Assembly: GCA_024402335.1 (NCBI GenBank)
Contig: JAKSTZ010000001.1
Location: 93,989-157,988 of the forward strand
Direction of reading: 5' to 3'
Length of the DNA stretch: 64,000 bases
DNA from: Bacteroidales bacterium
GTDB taxonomy: Bacteria > Bacteroidota > Bacteroidia > Bacteroidales > UBA1715
Of the stretch, positions 56,040-64,000 are shown piece by piece. The position numbers were made by a program, and so were the translations under genes. Numbering within the stretch: the stretch's first letter is position 1; the number at the start of each line of letters is the position of its first letter. Below the pieces are notes generated by a model that ran no database searches, was not told where the DNA came from, and saw only the letters and a list, made by a program, of their open reading frames with translations.

Positions 56040-57959
56040 ATGAAAAAAATCAACTTGCTTTGTAGCATTGCGCTACTCTCTCTACCTGGCTTTTGCCAAG
56101 TTTCAGACGATTCCCTATTAGTGAATCTGCCTAACATCGAAGTAGTAAAACAACAAACGACATTGGCGTCTGAATCACTTCGTATTGTAACAACATTGAC
56201 GAAACAAGAAATCGCCAAAATTCCGGCACAAAGTATCAACGACCTACTTGACTACATTCCTGGTATAGATGTACGTTCTCGTGGAAACAACGGTGTACAA
56301 GCCGACATGATTATGCGTGGCGGAACATTCGACCAAGTTATTATTCTTCTAAACGGCGTGAACATTACCGACCCACAAACAGGTCACCAAAATCTCGACA
56401 TTCCTATCGATCTTTCTATTGTTGATAGAATAGAAATCCTACAAGGAACTTCTATGAATGTTTTTGGACTATCGTCTTTTAGTGGTGCAATCAATATCAT
56501 CACAGGCACACGAAAAGACACTAAAGTTGACGTCGGTCTTATTGGCGGCAGCAACGGATATGTTGCACCACACATTAGTGCAACTGCTTCAAAAGGCAAA
56601 TGGGATGTATCGGCATCTGCGTCAACTAATCAATCAGCTGGTTATATAGACAACACTGATTTCAAGTACACCAATGCCTACCTACAAACAAATTACACGG
56701 ATTCAACCCTTGGTAAATTCAGTTTTCAACTTGGCGGACAACTAAAAGAATTTGGTGCAAATTCTTTTTACTCACTTGCATATCCAAACCAGTTCGAGAA
56801 AGACAAAACTTTACTAACATCATTACTTTGGACTAAAGGATTCGGTCGTTTTGATGTGACATCATCGGTTTTCTATCGTGCGCACTACGATGAATTCCAA
56901 CTATTCCGCGACGACTACGGTCTTACTATACCAAGTTGGTACACAAACCACAACTATCACATTTCACAAGTTACTGGTGGTAATATTAAAACTTCGGCAT
57001 ACACAAAAATTGGTAAGTCAACTCTTGGTATTGAAATCCGTAACGAACACATTGTCAGCAATGTTTTAGGCGACTCTTTATCTGCACCAAAAGAAGTTCC
57101 ATTTGCTAAAGGAGAATATTTCACTGTTGGGAAAAACAGATTGAATTTCAATTACTTCGGCGAACAGACATTTATTGCAAAGAAATTCACAGCATCTGTA
57201 GGATTTTCAGGCAATTACAATTCCATGTTTAATTCAAACTTCTGTGCTGGTGGAAACCTTGGCTATAACTTTTCTTCACTTTGCAAAATCTATGCAAACG
57301 CCAACAGCGCACTACGCTTACCAACATTCACCGACATGTACTATAAAAGTGCAACACAATTGGCAAATCCAAACTTGCAACCAGAGAAAAGTATCACTAT
57401 GGAATTGGGAGCACAAGGCCATTCTAGCGCATTTTCTTACCGAGCATCAGCATACTACCGCATAGGAAAAGACATTATTGACTGGGCAAAAGCCGAAGGC
57501 GAAGAGAAATGGAGAAGTATGAATATTGATAATGTGAACGCTCTTGGAGCAGAACTTTCGGCTCAATATAAATTCAAGACATTCTTGAAACAAATCGGTG
57601 CTACATTCTCATATTGTAAGCTAAATAAGGAATCTGGAGAACTAATCAGCAAATATGCACTCGACTATCTTCACACGTCGTTTACACTTAACATAGATCA
57701 TACTATCTACAAAAATTGGGGAGCTAATTGGCAACTTTCATATCAAGATAGAGAAGGAAATTATATCGGCACAAAAGGAACTGCCGAAGATTATGAACCT
57801 ATCGCATTGTTAGATGTACAAACATATTGGTCTAACAAAAACACAAAAATTTTCATTGAAGCTACTAACTTGTTTGGAACCAAATATTTTGACTATGGTG
57901 GCGTTGAACAACCAGGCTTACAAGCACGCGTTGGAATTAACGTACATTTCGCAAAATAA
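56040..57959 (+). CDS. TonB-dependent outer-membrane receptor (small, BtuB/siderophore-size class)
   Basis: Signal peptide; plug motifs IEVVK...LTKQEI...DLLDYIPGIDVRSRG...MRGG...ILLNGVNITD; terminal aromatic beta-barrel end ...GINVHFAK. Confidence 0.9.
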   Translation: MKKINLLCSIALLSLPGFCQVSDDSLLVNLPNIEVVKQQTTLASESLRIVTTLTKQEIAKIPAQSINDLLDYIPGIDVRSRGNNGVQADMIMRGGTFDQVIILLNGVNITDPQTGHQNLDIPIDLSIVDRIEILQGTSMNVFGLSSFSGAINIITGTRKDTKVDVGLIGGSNGYVAPHISATASKGKWDVSASASTNQSAGYIDNTDFKYTNAYLQTNYTDSTLGKFSFQLGGQLKEFGANSFYSLAYPNQFEKDKTLLTSLLWTKGFGRFDVTSSVFYRAHYDEFQLFRDDYGLTIPSWYTNHNYHISQVTGGNIKTSAYTKIGKSTLGIEIRNEHIVSNVLGDSLSAPKEVPFAKGEYFTVGKNRLNFNYFGEQTFIAKKFTASVGFSGNYNSMFNSNFCAGGNLGYNFSSLCKIYANANSALRLPTFTDMYYKSATQLANPNLQPEKSITMELGAQGHSSAFSYRASAYYRIGKDIIDWAKAEGEEKWRSMNIDNVNALGAELSAQYKFKTFLKQIGATFSYCKLNKESGELISKYALDYLHTSFTLNIDHTIYKNWGANWQLSYQDREGNYIGTKGTAEDYEPIALLDVQTYWSNKNTKIFIEATNLFGTKYFDYGGVEQPGLQARVGINVHFAK

Positions 57960-57970
57960 TTTGGGATTGG

Positions 57971-58005
57971 TGGAGGCGCAAAATATTGCGTCTCCACTTT
58001 TTTTA
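57971..58005 (+). terminator. Rho-independent terminator after the TonB-dependent receptor gene
   Basis: Stem TGGAGGCGCAA (57971-57981) / TTGCGTCTCCA (57986-57996) with one G-U pair, followed by a T-run at 57998-58005. Confidence 0.75.
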
Positions 58006-58962
58006 TAAAAATTGTTGTGTTTTCTCGAAGTACTTCTGTAATACAAGCAACGATATAATGTCTTCCCGTTCTGCATCTAAAAATTGTTGCACATATTCAT
58101 TTGCGTGAGAAATAATCGCAAGGGCCTCATCCTCATGCGAAATATAATAATTCAAACGCTCCTCTAAATCAGAAAAATCGTCAGCAATTGCGACATAATG
58201 ATAGTTTGGAATAAGCGTTCCTTCCATAAACCACGTTTCAAATTTAGGTTTAGGCATAACCGCCAACGAATTCGTAAGCATTACCCATTTTAAATTTGTA
58301 GCGACGTCATTTCCCTCTAAACACAATATAAATTTATATCGCAAATGAGCTTCGCGTGACATTTTTTCACATATCCAAGCAGGATTATATACTGGTTTCG
58401 TATTTACCTGCCCTAAATCACAAAGAGGTGTTCCAAACCATTTCTTGTAAAAATCTATTCTATTTTGCTGATACAGCAACCCACGACCAATCAATTTGTT
58501 CTGTTTAGCAGAAAAAGGCGTTTGATCTGCAATAAAATTAAAATGGCGAAACTTATTTAACTTTAAAAGCACCGAATTCTCGTTTGACTCACCTATAGGA
58601 CGACTTTTTACAATAGTTGGACATTCCGGAATCCAAGTAATATCACCAAACGAAAAACAAAAGCGAAGCTTCTTCGAAAAATATCGCACATATTCGTATG
58701 TATCAAAAAAATAAGCAAAATGGTATTCTTTACCATACTTAAAATTTCCCAAAGTCATAGAATCCGACGGCAGACCTTTTTCCTCCTGCAACTTGCAATA
58801 ATAGTTTACCCGTTGTTCGACGTATGATTTTTGTTCCGGATATTTCTCAAAATAGCGTCTGATTTTTGCATTTCTTCGTTTCTCAAACAACCCACGTGGA
58901 ATCAAGTACGACACAAGATTCTTCATCTGATAGGGAAATTTTGCATTTTGACGTATTTTCAT
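58003..58962 (-). CDS. Glycosyltransferase family 90 (CAP10/LpsA-like) protein
   Basis: YKFILCLEGNDVATNLKWVMLTNSLAVMPKPKFETWFMEG resembles the CAP10 domain core. Confidence 0.6.
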   Translation of the reverse strand: MKIRQNAKFPYQMKNLVSYLIPRGLFEKRRNAKIRRYFEKYPEQKSYVEQRVNYYCKLQEEKGLPSDSMTLGNFKYGKEYHFAYFFDTYEYVRYFSKKLRFCFSFGDITWIPECPTIVKSRPIGESNENSVLLKLNKFRHFNFIADQTPFSAKQNKLIGRGLLYQQNRIDFYKKWFGTPLCDLGQVNTKPVYNPAWICEKMSREAHLRYKFILCLEGNDVATNLKWVMLTNSLAVMPKPKFETWFMEGTLIPNYHYVAIADDFSDLEERLNYYISHEDEALAIISHANEYVQQFLDAEREDIISLLVLQKYFEKTQQFL

Positions 58963-58971
58963 AACACAAAC

Positions 58972-59661
58972 CTATTTCTGCTTGTTCTCCACTACAAAAT
59001 TTGGGAAATGCCTTAAAAATGACTTTGGAATTGGCACATCAAAAACCAAAGGTTGTCGAGTGACAGGATGTATAAATGCCAATCTATTATTATGCAACAT
59101 TAGACGATTTTCCGGATCTGTTTTTGCACCATATTTTCTATCACCAGCAATACACCATCCATGTTCAGACAATTGTACGCGTATCTGGTTTTTTCGGCCC
59201 GTAAGTATCTGAACATCAAGCAAAGCCATATTTTTATGTTCGGCAACAACCTTGTAACGAGTTATCGCCAACTTTCCTGTTTCCGGATTACGAGTTGAGT
59301 ACACATACGTAGCTGAATTTTCTGCCAAATACGAGCGGATTTCCGCCTTCTTTGGATTAGGAATTACTTCTGTAACAGCAACATATCGTCTATCTAACAC
59401 ATAATCATTCCAAGCATTACGAAATACTTGTTGAATTTCTTCTGTCTTTGCAAACAACAAAATTCCCGATGTATATTGATCTAACCTATGACATACATAG
59501 GCCTCATTTTTTATATATTTATGTTTAACATATTCACGTACTAACTGCCAGGCATTCACATCCTTAGATGTCTTATTACCAACCGACAACAATCCAGATG
59601 GTTTTTCAATCACAATCAACCATTTGTCTTCGTACAGAATATTGAGTTTACGGGAATTCAT
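58972..59661 (-). CDS. RluA-family pseudouridine synthase
   Basis: Catalytic motif HRLDQYTSGILLFAK, plus GRKNQIRVQL. Confidence 0.88.
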   Translation of the reverse strand: MNSRKLNILYEDKWLIVIEKPSGLLSVGNKTSKDVNAWQLVREYVKHKYIKNEAYVCHRLDQYTSGILLFAKTEEIQQVFRNAWNDYVLDRRYVAVTEVIPNPKKAEIRSYLAENSATYVYSTRNPETGKLAITRYKVVAEHKNMALLDVQILTGRKNQIRVQLSEHGWCIAGDRKYGAKTDPENRLMLHNNRLAFIHPVTRQPLVFDVPIPKSFLRHFPNFVVENKQK

Positions 59662-59663
59662 TT

Positions 59664-60923
59664 CTAATTTGCTAATACATTTCTATAGTAAGCAAGAACA
59701 TCATTCCATTTATAGTAAGGAGCTGTATCGCTCTGCAACGGAAGATCAACTTCATGTTCGTTCAACAACACTTTTACCAAAATAACATCGGACTTTGCAG
59801 ATTTATAAAATATCATCTGAAGATTTCCCGCCATTGGAATAATTGCATAATCCTTCCACTGATCACCAAGCTTTTCTAAATCGCTAACCTGGGCATTGCA
59901 ACCTTCTAATTGCATCAAGCAGCATAAAGGCAATAAGCCAGTATCGTGACCAAAACGTAAATTTGCGCAGACCTTAGCCGAACCCGCAAGAACCATATCT
60001 GCATCATCTAAAATATCTTGTAAAATAGTCTTTCCAAACAATATCCCTTTAGAATTTGTTAATGGACACGCACCATACGAACCATACCACCACGCATTTT
60101 GCACGACCCAATTTCCATATAATTCATCATCAGTAAACACATCATTCAAATCAAATCCCAAAGTATCCAATCCTTGTACACTTGCCTGAACATCATAGAA
60201 TTTACGCATAAACTGATTTGCATCAATATTTTGTGCTACGAAAATAGAATCCGAAAATATTCTTTCCATCATAGCATGTGGTTTTATATACTTTTCACAT
60301 AATGCTCCATACGGTTTTTGCCATTCATCTTTTGACTGATAATCTGAAATTTCTTTCCATGCATCAGTAACAATGGAAGGCATCGTTTTCTTGCTGCACT
60401 CTGTCTGGAACTCTAATTGAGGACTTAAAGCCGATAATTCCGTACAAAAAGCAGACATACTCACAATACAACGTGGTGTTGTTGAAGCAGTAACAGCAAC
60501 TAATTTTTGTTGTTTGAAAACATCTGGAAAATTTGCGTACATACGTTTTGCTATTCCTTTATGTTGCTCTTGGCCCAATAAAGTCAAATCACCAGCCCGC
60601 AATGTTGCATAATCGTTTAATTTATATACTCGTTTTGCTACAGATTTACCAAATTCAGTCAATGCATTGGCAGATTCTGCTTTGTGGAATAAATCAGAGA
60701 AAAACTGATAATCATCCTGGCTCCAATGGAAACGTGAACCATGTCTTCCATAGTGGCTGATATAAAATGGTTTATAACCTTTAGGCGCAGGCGTGTATTT
60801 TTCATTTGGCTTTTCATATGCCAAATAATTACTACACATTTGGTTACGACTAGGTCGAGTTGTTTGCGAGAAACAAACAAAACACGTACATATTGTAAGA
60901 ATTATAGCTGCTAATTTCTTCAT
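59664..60923 (-). CDS. Secreted histidine acid phosphatase (branch-2 histidine phosphatase, MINPP/phytase-like)
   Basis: Signal peptide; RHGSRFH (the RHGxRxP-type motif) and a downstream HD (FGHDTGL). Confidence 0.75.
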   Translation of the reverse strand: MKKLAAIILTICTCFVCFSQTTRPSRNQMCSNYLAYEKPNEKYTPAPKGYKPFYISHYGRHGSRFHWSQDDYQFFSDLFHKAESANALTEFGKSVAKRVYKLNDYATLRAGDLTLLGQEQHKGIAKRMYANFPDVFKQQKLVAVTASTTPRCIVSMSAFCTELSALSPQLEFQTECSKKTMPSIVTDAWKEISDYQSKDEWQKPYGALCEKYIKPHAMMERIFSDSIFVAQNIDANQFMRKFYDVQASVQGLDTLGFDLNDVFTDDELYGNWVVQNAWWYGSYGACPLTNSKGILFGKTILQDILDDADMVLAGSAKVCANLRFGHDTGLLPLCCLMQLEGCNAQVSDLEKLGDQWKDYAIIPMAGNLQMIFYKSAKSDVILVKVLLNEHEVDLPLQSDTAPYYKWNDVLAYYRNVLAN

Positions 60924-60972
60924 TTCTACTAATTATTCATTGCCGGGATATTCTTTAAAGAACGCTCTTACT

Positions 60973-61007
60973 AAAAAAAATCCCAACAGAAAACTCTATT
61001 GGGATCC
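60973..61007 (-). terminator. Rho-independent terminator downstream of frr
   Basis: Stem ATCCCAA (60980-60986) / TTGGGAT (61000-61006). A8 at 60973-60980 gives a U-tail on the minus strand. Confidence 0.7.
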
Positions 61008-61029
61008 TTAACTTATTAAGCTTAAATAA

Positions 61030-61590
61030 TTAAATCTTCATAATATCAGCTTCTTTTGCAGCAGCTACTTCATCGACCTTTGCAATTGCAGCATCAATAA
61101 TTTTTTGGATTTTACCTTCGCCGTCTTTTGCCATATCTTCTGCAAGACCATCTTTTTGCAATTTCTTTAGCATTTCGTTGGCATCACGACGAATGTTACG
61201 AATAACAACCTTAGTATTTTCAGCTTCTGAACGAACTTGCTTACAAAGGTCTTTACGACGTTCCTCTGTCAAAACAGGAATAGAAATACGTATTAATTGA
61301 CCATCGTTAATTGGAGTCAAGCCAAGGTTTGCAACCATGATTGCTTTTTCGATTGGGTCAATCATTTTCTTTTCCCAAGGTTGAACCACTAAAGTACGAG
61401 CATCAGCAGAGTTCACATTCGCTACCTGATTCAATGGAGTCATTGTACCATAGTAATCAACACGAACAGATTCCAACATAACAGGAGACGCCTTACCCGC
61501 ACGTAATTTCGAAAGTTCAGATTCTAAACGCTGCAATGGAGCGTTCATTCTATCTTTTGTATCTTCAATAACTAGTTCTAGTTCTTCCAT
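61030..61590 (-). CDS. frr: Ribosome recycling factor
   Basis: 186 aa; LRAGKASPVMLESVRVDYYG...LTEERRKDLCKQV are typical RRF motifs. Confidence 0.95.
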   Translation of the reverse strand: MEELELVIEDTKDRMNAPLQRLESELSKLRAGKASPVMLESVRVDYYGTMTPLNQVANVNSADARTLVVQPWEKKMIDPIEKAIMVANLGLTPINDGQLIRISIPVLTEERRKDLCKQVRSEAENTKVVIRNIRRDANEMLKKLQKDGLAEDMAKDGEGKIQKIIDAAIAKVDEVAAAKEADIMKI

Positions 61591-61591
61591 A

Positions 61592-62290
61592 TTATTTACC
61601 TAATTTGAATTGAACTGGTAAGTTGAAATATACAGGAACTTTTTCACCAGCTTGTTCGCCTGGTTCAAATGCTGGCAATTTTGCTACGACATCCAAAGCA
61701 GCCTTATCAAGCAATGGGTTTACTGATTTCAAAATTTCTGGATGAACAGCTTTTCCTTGTTTATTTACAACGAATTTAACTACCACTATACCTTCTGCAC
61801 CCATATCGGCAGCTTCTTGTGGGTATTCCAATTTTTCACCGATGAATTTAATCAAAGCACCCATACCACCAGGGAAACTAGGCATTTTTTCTACACGAAT
61901 GTGTGGAGTACCTTCGTTTACTTCTTCATCATCATTATCAAAATTTATAGGATCTTTGATATCAGCATTTTGGTCATCATTGTTAGCCTGCATTTGATAT
62001 GATTGGTCTTCGTTTTCATCTTCTGTTTCTACAACCTGATCAGAAGCAGGAGGTTCTGGCAATTCTGGTTTTGGTTGTTCAACTTCTGGTTGTTCTGGCT
62101 CGCGAGTAACTTCAACCATTTCCATATCATCTTCCGAACCTATAGTTTCACGTTGAACTGAATTGCTTGATTCACTCACACCAACTTCAAATGCAACTAA
62201 TACGATAAGAAGCACTACAACAAATCCTATTTCTCTGAATAACAATCGTTTGTCTTCAAGATTTGCCTTTTCACTTTTCTTTATTTCCAT
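61592..62290 (-). CDS. Energy transducer TonB-family protein
   Basis: N-terminal TM anchor, a Pro/Glu-rich spacer (EQPEVEQPKPELPEPP), and a C-terminal TonB domain (PSFPGGMGALIKFIGEKLEYPQEAADMGAEGIVVVKFVV). Confidence 0.85.
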   Translation of the reverse strand: MEIKKSEKANLEDKRLLFREIGFVVVLLIVLVAFEVGVSESSNSVQRETIGSEDDMEMVEVTREPEQPEVEQPKPELPEPPASDQVVETEDENEDQSYQMQANNDDQNADIKDPINFDNDDEEVNEGTPHIRVEKMPSFPGGMGALIKFIGEKLEYPQEAADMGAEGIVVVKFVVNKQGKAVHPEILKSVNPLLDKAALDVVAKLPAFEPGEQAGEKVPVYFNLPVQFKLGK

Positions 62291-62379
62291 AATACAATGT
62301 ATAAATCGTCAAAATTTTTGCTAAAATAGTAAATTACTTTGAATAAATAAGATGACACACCTATTTTTTCGACAACAAA

Positions 62380-63747
62380 TTATTCCGCATTCGATTTTTT
62401 GAAAATTTCTCTGAATGTGTTGTCAATTCGTGAACACGAAATCACTTGACACTGCGAATTACTTTTTACTTCACAAGGAGGAACAAACATTTTCTGTATG
62501 CCTAATTTTGCAGATTCCTTCACTCGTTTTTCCACCTGAGAAACAGAGCGTACTTCGCCGGTAAGACCGATTTCCCCTGCAAAGCAATACGTGTTTGGTA
62601 TATAAAAATCAAATAAAGACGAAAGTATTGCAGCCACAACGGCAAAATCTATAGATGTATCTTGAACTCGTATTCCACCGGCAATGTTTATAAACACATC
62701 TTTCGTATAGATTTTCACGCCAAGTCTCTTTTCTATGACAGCAAGTATCATGTTCAAACGCTTATTATCGTAGCCATTCACTGTTCGTTGCGGGGTTCCA
62801 TAAGCAGCTGTACTTACCAATGCCTGCACTTCTATCATCAATGGACGAATGCCTTCCATAACAGAAGCAACAGCAACACCACTTAGCTTTTCAGGATTGC
62901 CACTCAACATAATCTCCGAAGGATTTGAAACTTCTTTCAAACCAGACTGAACCATCTCAAAAATACCAATCTCGGCAGTTGAACCAAAACGGTTTTTATT
63001 GCTTCGTAGGATTCTATAAACATTGTGCATATCGCCTTCGAACTGTAGCACAACATCTACCATATGTTCCAGTATCTTTGGACCAGCAATGCTTCCTTCT
63101 TTGTTGATATGACCAATCAATATCATTGGCGTATGTGTTGATTTTGCCAATTCTATCAACAAATTTGATGTCTCCCGTATCTGCGAAACGCTACCTGGAG
63201 TTGCATCTATATCAGGATGTTTTAGTGTTTGTACCGAGTCAATGATCACCAACTCTGGTTGAAATTGCTTTACTTCCTGTATAATTGCAGCCACATTTGT
63301 CTCACTATAGATATAGCAACTATCTGATTTTGTATTCAATCGTTGCGCACGAAGAAAAATCTGTTGCGGACTTTCCTCTCCTGAAACATAGAGAACCTTC
63401 TTTTGTAAAGATACAGCAACCTGAAGCAGTAAAGTTGACTTTCCTATACCTGGCTCTCCACCCAATAAAATTACTGAACCCGGTACTATTCCTCCACCAA
63501 CAACCTGATCAAGTTCACGAATACCGGTTTGAATACGGTCTAACTTTTCCGATTTTATTTCACCTAAGACAACTGGTTTTGATGACGAAATAACAGCTGT
63601 TGCAGAAGTTGTTTTTCCAACATTAGACTGAATAACTTCTTCCTGAAATGAATTCCAAGCGCCACACGAAGTACACTTGCCCATCCATTTAGGAGACTGG
63701 GCGCCACAATTCTGACAAACAAATACAACTTTTGATTTTATAGCCAC
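62380..63747 (-). CDS. radA: DNA repair protein RadA
   Basis: Zn-finger CQNCGAQSPKWMGKCTSCGAWNS, Walker A GGEPGIGKST, the KNRFG motif, and a Lon-like C-terminus. Confidence 0.96.
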   Translation of the reverse strand: MAIKSKVVFVCQNCGAQSPKWMGKCTSCGAWNSFQEEVIQSNVGKTTSATAVISSSKPVVLGEIKSEKLDRIQTGIRELDQVVGGGIVPGSVILLGGEPGIGKSTLLLQVAVSLQKKVLYVSGEESPQQIFLRAQRLNTKSDSCYIYSETNVAAIIQEVKQFQPELVIIDSVQTLKHPDIDATPGSVSQIRETSNLLIELAKSTHTPMILIGHINKEGSIAGPKILEHMVDVVLQFEGDMHNVYRILRSNKNRFGSTAEIGIFEMVQSGLKEVSNPSEIMLSGNPEKLSGVAVASVMEGIRPLMIEVQALVSTAAYGTPQRTVNGYDNKRLNMILAVIEKRLGVKIYTKDVFINIAGGIRVQDTSIDFAVVAAILSSLFDFYIPNTYCFAGEIGLTGEVRSVSQVEKRVKESAKLGIQKMFVPPCEVKSNSQCQVISCSRIDNTFREIFKKSNAE

Positions 63748-63749
63748 AA

Positions 63750-64000
63750 TTATTTTGTAAATTCTCGTCGAAGATAAGCTCCTTGAGTATTTCCATCAAG
63801 TAACTCCACACGATTTAGTTTTAACTTACGGCTATTAACTTTTTCCACACGCCACACACCATTCATGGTAGATCCTTCAATACGAACATATCGAGTTACT
63901 ATAGATCGTGTAAAAACATCATAAGAGCATACTTGAACACTATCTTTTTTACCAAACATAATATCATCGGTAATCTCTAATTTCCCACCTGAATAAAATG
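63750..64000 (-). CDS. Hypothetical protein, 3' part; the ORF stays open to the window end
   Basis: The track ORF starts at Met 63959, but my own translation upstream (...FYSGGKLEITDDI-M) has no stop before nt 64000, so the true start is probably outside the window. Confidence 0.45.
   Translation of the reverse strand, partial: FYSGGKLEITDDIMFGKKDSVQVCSYDVFTRSIVTRYVRIEGSTMNGVWRVEKVNSRKLKLNRVELLDGNTQGAYLRREFTK

Noticed and set aside
55646-56065. 139-aa track ORF (133 aa from ATG 55667) upstream of and overlapping the TonB-dependent receptor gene
   Set aside because: Not annotated as a CDS. The TTG start lies inside the predicted -7 box. The 3' part is the translation of a terminator hairpin and T-run (...FWWPQSIGFFIF). 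It overlaps the receptor start, and the composition (an SSDDDDSSGG run) is atypical. It is kept only as an alternative hypothesis in the leader finding.
47160-58962. Scattered heptose/LPS-core genes (RfaE domain II, GT9, GT90) as a possible novel glycan locus
   Set aside because: The genes are separated by unrelated housekeeping genes (panCD, glmS). Each is a common family, and nothing supports a coherent new system.

Overview
AT-rich chromosomal segment with the hallmarks of a Bacteroidota (Bacteroidales-like) genome: type IX secretion cargo with a PorP/SprF partner, a fused FeoA-FeoB, the panC / short glycogen synthase / DUF4270-like / glmS arrangement, TAnnTTTG-type -7 promoter boxes, and no Shine-Dalgarno dependence. 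I support about 63 protein-coding genes. I found no rRNA, tRNA, CRISPR array, integrase or transposase by eye. Housekeeping content: atpDC, feoAB, polA, panCD, glmS, frr, radA, a tonB-like gene, a UDP-glucose dehydrogenase, pssA, LPS-core/heptose genes, and an operon of MATE, YjbQ, Cof and DUF1294 genes. The most unusual part is the left end (0.7-8.8 kb). It holds a tightly packed minus-strand cluster of ten small ORFan-type genes, led by a TM-OmpA protein and a TerB-like protein. A divergent XRE regulator with duplicated palindromic operators sits next to it. Beyond that lie a DUF4143-type AAA+ ATPase preceded by four iteron-like repeats at exact 33-bp spacing, and a Ser/Thr kinase with a partner gene. 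Other points of interest: (1) a feoAB / hemerythrin / LuxR operon in which the LuxR receiver domain looks non-phosphorylatable; (2) a four-gene T9SS operon (32.3-42.7 kb) combining a giant type-B-CTD adhesin, PorP/SprF, a propeller lipoprotein and a secreted CotH-type kinase; (3) mosaic clusters of REP-like hairpins flanking a two-gene secreted-protein cassette (25.9-27.7 kb); (4) a roughly 385-nt structured leader with a terminator hairpin directly upstream of a TonB-dependent receptor. All functional calls rest on motif recognition in the supplied translations. No database search was possible.
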